Shown here: piece after piece, positions 62,402 to 64,000 of the stretch | Numbering within the stretch: the stretch's first letter is position 1 | How the letters are laid out: every line of letters begins with the position of its first letter | From: Candidatus Latescibacterota bacterium | GTDB taxonomy: Bacteria > Latescibacterota > UBA2968 > GCA-2709665 | Direction of reading: 5' to 3' | Assembly (NCBI GenBank): GCA_965219995.1 | Contig: CBDCOX010000002.1 | Location: 3,232,001-3,296,000, forward strand | Length of the DNA: 64,000 nt | The notes under the pieces: model-generated | The model's input: the letters and a program-made list of their open reading frames with translations, nothing else | What the model was told of the DNA's origin: nothing | Databases searched by the model: none | Position numbers and translations under genes: made by a program

Positions 62402-64000
62402 TCAGGAGCCTGGTTCGGTTTCAGGGGTATCTTCCTGTGGTGATAGTTTCCCGCCGTAGATCGACTGGTAGCTCGCGGGATCTTTCCATCTGCTATTATC
62501 CGCGGGCAAGAATTCATAGACTTTCCTTTCTTCATCGATCAATTGTTGTTCGCCTCGCAGGTTTTCTGGGACTCCACGTTCTTTAATAAACCCGTTGCGA
62601 TTCAAGACCAGGTGGATTTTCTCCCAATTGTCGTAAAAGTATTCCTGAAGAAGGGGTAATATTCTATTCTTGAATCGTTCCTCAAGCGATTTCAAGTCAT
62701 CAATATTCATGAAATACGTATGCCCGATTTGATGCTCGCGATCAAGAAGGAAACGGATACGTTCATTCATTGCTTCAAGTAAACTCCGACAGTCCACGCC
62801 CCCAACATCGTCCGGGACGAGTTCAGGATCTGGCATCATCTCCACAAAATCAAAACGCCGCCGTAGCGCTGTATCCAGCAAAGCGATAGAACGATCGGCG
62901 GTATTCATCGTGCCGATTATGTACAGGTTGTCCGGCACACCGAATTCCTCTCCGGAGTAAGGGAGCGTGGCGGTTGTCTTATCATCAGCGCCGATCCGTT
63001 TGGAAGGTTCAATCAACGTTATCAACTCGCCGAATATCTTGGCGATGTTTCCACGATTGATTTCATCGATGATCAGGACATAATTCTGCTTCTCTACAGA
63101 CGCCGTCCTGTCTGTCGTCCATTCGTTATCGTGGAATTCTTTGACTTTTTTGAACAGCTCGAAGTAGAATCTCGCATTTCCGTGATAGCCCCGGCTGGAT
63201 TTATGCGTAGGTTTGATGTCCTTTAGAGACTTGATGTCACCATTGTAAAAAGCCTCGTAATCCCGCTTTATCATCCTCTTTGACAGTCTCTGATCCGATA
63301 ACATACCGCCAAGCTGTACTGATCGGAAGCTGCCCCTTGACCAATGTATCTTCGCAATCGTGACGCCACTCCTGTGATCCGGCGGGAAAAGCCTGATTTC
63401 ATCCTCTGATTCCAACCTCTTCGCTATCGACTGGGCATATTCCTCAAGTAGCTCATCAATATCCCACGACTCGTCACCCGCTTGCTCAGACTGCCTCCTG
63501 TTTTCGTCGGCCCGTATTGAAATCTTCTTGAATACGCCTTCAGACAGTTCATATTCTATATTTCCATTCCCGTCGTCATCTAGGTCCGGCCTGATACCCT
63601 CGATAAAATCCTCATAGTTATAGCTCTGGTGAAACGTCACCATATCGATCTGGCCTTTCACTTTCAGTTCATTAAATCGATGCAATTTGTCTTTTCGGAC
63701 ATCCTCGTTCTCTTTGACAAGCGGATCCACCGTTTTTTTACGTTTTATAATCGCCAGCGCATGATTGATCGTGTGCCATGTCTTGCTTGTACCTGGAGGA
63801 CCATACAGGATCTGATTCAAGGGATGTATCCTGGAATCTTGCCCCATCTGCGTGTTGTTGGCGGGATCTGGTTCCGTGTTGTTCTCAGATGAATCGTCTC
63901 TCAATGTCTCGATTAAGTCAATCGAGTTTTTATAGCCATCGGTCTTTTCGAAAAGCGAATAAACCCCTCCTTTGTACGTCTGGCTAAAGCCAGGTTGTCG
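62402..64000 (-). CDS. mcrB: McrB family AAA+ GTPase (5'-partial)
   Basis: NQILYGPPGTSKT, TFHQSY.YEDFIEG, IIDEINRGN, GTMNTADRS, DTALRRRF; frame stays open to position 64000. Confidence 0.9.
   Translation of the reverse strand, partial: RQPGFSQTYKGGVYSLFEKTDGYKNSIDLIETLRDDSSENNTEPDPANNTQMGQDSRIHPLNQILYGPPGTSKTWHTINHALAIIKRKKTVDPLVKENEDVRKDKLHRFNELKVKGQIDMVTFHQSYNYEDFIEGIRPDLDDDGNGNIEYELSEGVFKKISIRADENRRQSEQAGDESWDIDELLEEYAQSIAKRLESEDEIRLFPPDHRSGVTIAKIHWSRGSFRSVQLGGMLSDQRLSKRMIKRDYEAFYNGDIKSLKDIKPTHKSSRGYHGNARFYFELFKKVKEFHDNEWTTDRTASVEKQNYVLIIDEINRGNIAKIFGELITLIEPSKRIGADDKTTATLPYSGEEFGVPDNLYIIGTMNTADRSIALLDTALRRRFDFVEMMPDPELVPDDVGGVDCRSLLEAMNERIRFLLDREHQIGHTYFMNIDDLKSLEERFKNRILPLLQEYFYDNWEKIHLVLNRNGFIKERGVPENLRGEQQLIDEERKVYEFLPADNSRWKDPASYQSIYGGKLSPQEDTPETEPGS

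Noticed and set aside
62402-63904. McrB lacking an N-terminal DNA-binding domain
   Set aside because: The frame stays open to position 64000, so the gene is simply cut by the window edge.

Overview
GC-rich bacterial DNA, mostly accessory genes. I saw no rRNA, tRNA, CRISPR array or transposase gene. Gene content suggests a diderm Latescibacterota/FCB-related organism, possibly a marine-sponge symbiont (inference from several PhyH dioxygenases, BNR/propeller hydrolases, FlgD-Ig and dockerin-like tails and TonB/porin genes). Main blocks: (1) 2.2-9.6 kb, five tandem lipoprotein genes sharing an unassigned ~95-aa domain (RS[IV]SGR...GYY..RA...W[ST]SIP). Four of them are fused to orphan LivJ-type binding domains. 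The same domain recurs at ~56.9 kb in a secreted double-Cache/FlgD protein, and this family is my best candidate for an undescribed system. (2) 10-21.4 kb, transport genes: SulP, NCS2 with an odd C-terminal domain, Tsx-like channel, alpha carbonic anhydrase, and a porin/Tat binding protein/output-less HAMP protein/OFA-MFS operon. (3) 21.6-48 kb, catabolic and miscellaneous enzymes, an ABC exporter, toxin-antitoxin modules, pseudogenes and many small repeats or MITEs. (4) 48.4-60.2 kb, a cobalamin-riboswitch-led B12 uptake and cobinamide salvage operon (cbiZ, cbiB) interrupted by the Cache gene and hicBA. (5) mcrBC at the right edge, with mcrB running off the window. All calls are by motif recognition; no searches were run.
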